This document shows, one piece after another, positions 62,101-64,000 of a stretch of 64,000 nt of DNA; within the stretch, counting starts at the first letter, position 1; the number at the start of each line of letters is the position of its first letter. The position numbers and the translations under genes were made by a program. Source of the stretch: Amoebophrya sp. A120 (Eukaryota; Protista; Dinoflagellata); assembly GCA_905178155.1 (NCBI GenBank), contig CAJINV010000019.1:316475-380474 (forward strand), given 5' to 3'. Below the pieces are notes generated by a model. It was not told the DNA's origin. It searched no databases and was given only the letters and a program-made list of their open reading frames with translations.

Positions 62101-63389
62101 GCATCACAAATTTGCTCTACATGACAGAGAAAACCTGTGATGCGTGGTTTGTAAGGGGAAATGCACATGAAAAAAGGACTTCATGGCTGTGTGGCATGAC
62201 AGGTGTAACTCTGTTGCATGTTTTGCATTACAGAGTTACACTTACACAGTTTTTTTCTTGCATAGCGCCACAATCGCTTTCTTCCGTACGGATTCGTGGT
62301 TTATCAAGTGCAAAAATAAGTGGGTCTGGAAAAGTGTGAACTTGTCATGCAGATTTTCCATGACCCATGAGGTCTGGAATCCAGGACTTAGCATGACAGA
62401 CTCCGCGAGGTCTCTGCCATGCCTATCCCGCATGACAAACCCCCTTCCGACTTGGTCAAAAGTGGACAGGTCTACTTGGCACTCATGCAACACAGATTTT
62501 TGCATGCTTCAGATTTACCATGACAAGTTGCCACCTTCCAGACCCAGACATATTTGCATTTGATATGGTTGTGCGTCAAGCATTTTATCACCTCTGGCAG
62601 GATCGCTGGGACCATCTATCCAAGAAAAAAAGATTCTTGTCGGTGTAACTTTTGTGGCGGAACAGCAATGCAAATCTGTCTGGCATGACAGCAAAATCAT
62701 AAACCTGTCATGCGTAGTAGATACTACGTGAAAACGCGCTTGACTAGACCTTACAGCTACAATTAGAATTACAATGCGTGACCCGCATGACAGACGCAGT
62801 CATCTTGCATGTTGCGCACCTACCCAAAGTTACAACTACAATCTTTCTTTGCTGGATACCATCTCTTGGTTGACCAATCTGCAGATGCTGATCAAGGCTC
62901 CCGCGACCTCGAGATGGTTGGACGACTTCAGGTCTCGCTGGAGCGTGTTGATTAGCAGCAGCATGAATTCGTGGTCCTTGTGCAGGAAAATGTTACAGGC
63001 TAAGTAACCGATCCGCTTCGCCATGATCTGCTTCTCGTTACACAGCTTCACCGCGTGGATGTAGGCCAGACTGCAGTCGTGCCCCAGCATCTCCACGTAG
63101 ATGGCGCGGATCAGGAACCTGATGGGAAATAGTGAGATGATGAAGTTCTGTCATGCACAAGTACCGCACCAGAAAAGAAAGAGTCAATTCAATTGCCCGC
63201 TACGCATCACAAATCACAGTCATAAAAATCAAGTACTCTTTCATCCTTTTGAGCGAAACACCGGGCAGGTTCACTGATGCTTTCAGGGCAGCAACCTCAT
63301 TCAGGATGATTTTGTCCTCCTCTTGCTTGCTTCTGCTTTCCCCGATTTGCTTCACGAGTTCAAAGAACTCCTTCGAGAGGTGGCCGCCC
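56140..63389 (-). CDS. AP4E1: AP-4 adaptor complex subunit epsilon; 11 TIR elements; start codon in an unresolved upstream exon
   Basis: HLSKEFFELVKQIGESRSKQEEDKII, YVEMLGHD, KRIGYL, LLINTLQRDL, HRLPREFDYHRVPAPWIQIKLL, LAERYAP, WVLGEY, DLQQRCYE, LPFDGSCED. Confidence 0.93.
57212..57471. mobile_element. Family A TIR element
   Basis: TSD GCGGC/GCGGC. Confidence 0.9.
57554..57805. mobile_element. Family A TIR element (252-bp subfamily, reverse orientation)
   Basis: TSD CTTTC/CTTTC. Confidence 0.9.
58963..59215. mobile_element. Family E TIR element
   Basis: TSD TCTGT/TCTGT. Confidence 0.9.
59357..59598. mobile_element. Family A TIR element
   Basis: TSD AGCCG/AGCCG. Confidence 0.9.
59797..60058. 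mobile_element. Family A TIR element
   Basis: TSD ACGCA/GCGCA. Confidence 0.9.
60120..60387. mobile_element. Family A TIR element
   Basis: TSD CGTTG/CGTTG. Confidence 0.9.
60443..60651. mobile_element. Family I TIR element
   Basis: TSD GCGAG/GCGAG. Confidence 0.9.
60735..60886. mobile_element. Family H TIR element
   Basis: TSD TCGGC/TCGGC. Confidence 0.9.
62056..62264. mobile_element. Family J TIR element
   Basis: TSD GAGCC/GCGCC. Confidence 0.88.
62302..62565. mobile_element. Family A TIR element
   Basis: TSD TGGTT/TGGTT. Confidence 0.9.
62617..62858. mobile_element. Family K TIR element
   Basis: TSD CCATC/CCATC. Confidence 0.9.
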
Positions 63390-64000
63390 CTGAAGATATT
63401 TTTTTTTTCTATATCGATTCGCTTCCACCGAGGAGCCTCTCTTTGTTTTCATACACGTAGTTTCTTTATGATCCTCATGAACGGTGATTGCGGAGCAAAG
63501 TAGAACAAACAGCAACAAATACGTGTGCATCTTGGGCGTGCTGTTGTTTTCCGGTCCTCCCCACGAAGCTACGGCTAGTATTGACGATGCACCAGGTCGT
63601 GTAGGAAGCGAGACAACTCTGCTTCTAGATCCCGAAGCCGCCGCGACCCAGAGTCACCTGTATAATCTCGCGGGCTCTGATGTTGTTCCTTGTCAGCCAG
63701 GCGGGTTGCAGCTGCGACTGCGCAGGAGTAGGTGTTCTTGGTGCCTCGTCCTTGTTACTAGCAGCCGATTACGCGACGTCGCTGCGTCGCAGAGACCGCG
63801 CTGAGAGCAACTTCTCAAAGCATGTGGCAGTGTCATCTTGCCCCAGCTACGAAAGGAGCAGGAGGGGGTGCAGTCTGCATTTTCATCAAAAGTGGTCAAT
63901 TGATGCTGGCGCCCGTAATAGAATCTCCCACCCCAATAGAGGTGGCGAGAGAGCCGGGACGAAGTAATGGATATGTTGACAACGCCAACACGGACAATAA

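Noticed and set aside
2976-62264. 9 of 17 mismatched TSD pairs differ only synonymously
   Set aside because: Close to what is expected if the retained bases accept only silent changes and the removed bases drift freely; sample too small.
311-62858. G before the TAT tip (giving a GTAT donor-like start) in 28 of 69 elements on the coding strand
   Set aside because: About the same count (24) occurs on the non-coding strand, so it looks like a symmetric C...G target preference, not selection for GT donors; the majority lack it.
22-63967. Many short ORFs with recurring peptides (MSGSGR, CLGLE, FQTQT, LPDPDIF, KNVWVWK)
   Set aside because: They are translations of the family A TIR in different frames, not a protein family.
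1-64000. Dinoflagellate spliced-leader relics, tRNA or rRNA genes
   Set aside because: No CCGTAGCCATTTTGGCTCAAG match or RNA-gene structure seen by eye; a covariance-model scan would be needed to exclude them.

Overview
Eukaryotic genomic DNA, most consistent with an alveolate (inference: a syndinian dinoflagellate such as Amoebophrya, whose genomes are known for unidirectional gene blocks and non-canonical 'introner' introns). All identifiable genes lie on the minus strand: a Cys-rich secreted-type protein, a TORTIFOLIA1/SPR2-like HEAT protein, an IMPDH homologue lacking the catalytic Cys, a large membrane protein with a voltage-sensor domain fused to a degenerate cyclic-nucleotide phosphodiesterase, two tandem JmjC paralogues, a hypothetical protein, proteasome beta-2 and AP-4 epsilon. 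The dominant feature is 69 complete (hand-mapped) 125-330 bp elements in about 15 TIR families, roughly 18-19 kb or ~29% of the window. They have TAT...ATA termini and a 5-bp target-site duplication (TSD), sit in coding exons in either orientation, and mostly cannot be read as GT-AG introns. At every junction I translated, removing the element plus one TSD copy restores the reading frame. The families share an internal GCAT[G/C/T]ACA motif array. Three elements carry nested insertions. Ordinary GT-AG and GC-AG introns coexist in the same genes. Coordinates were read by hand and may be off by 1-2 nt.
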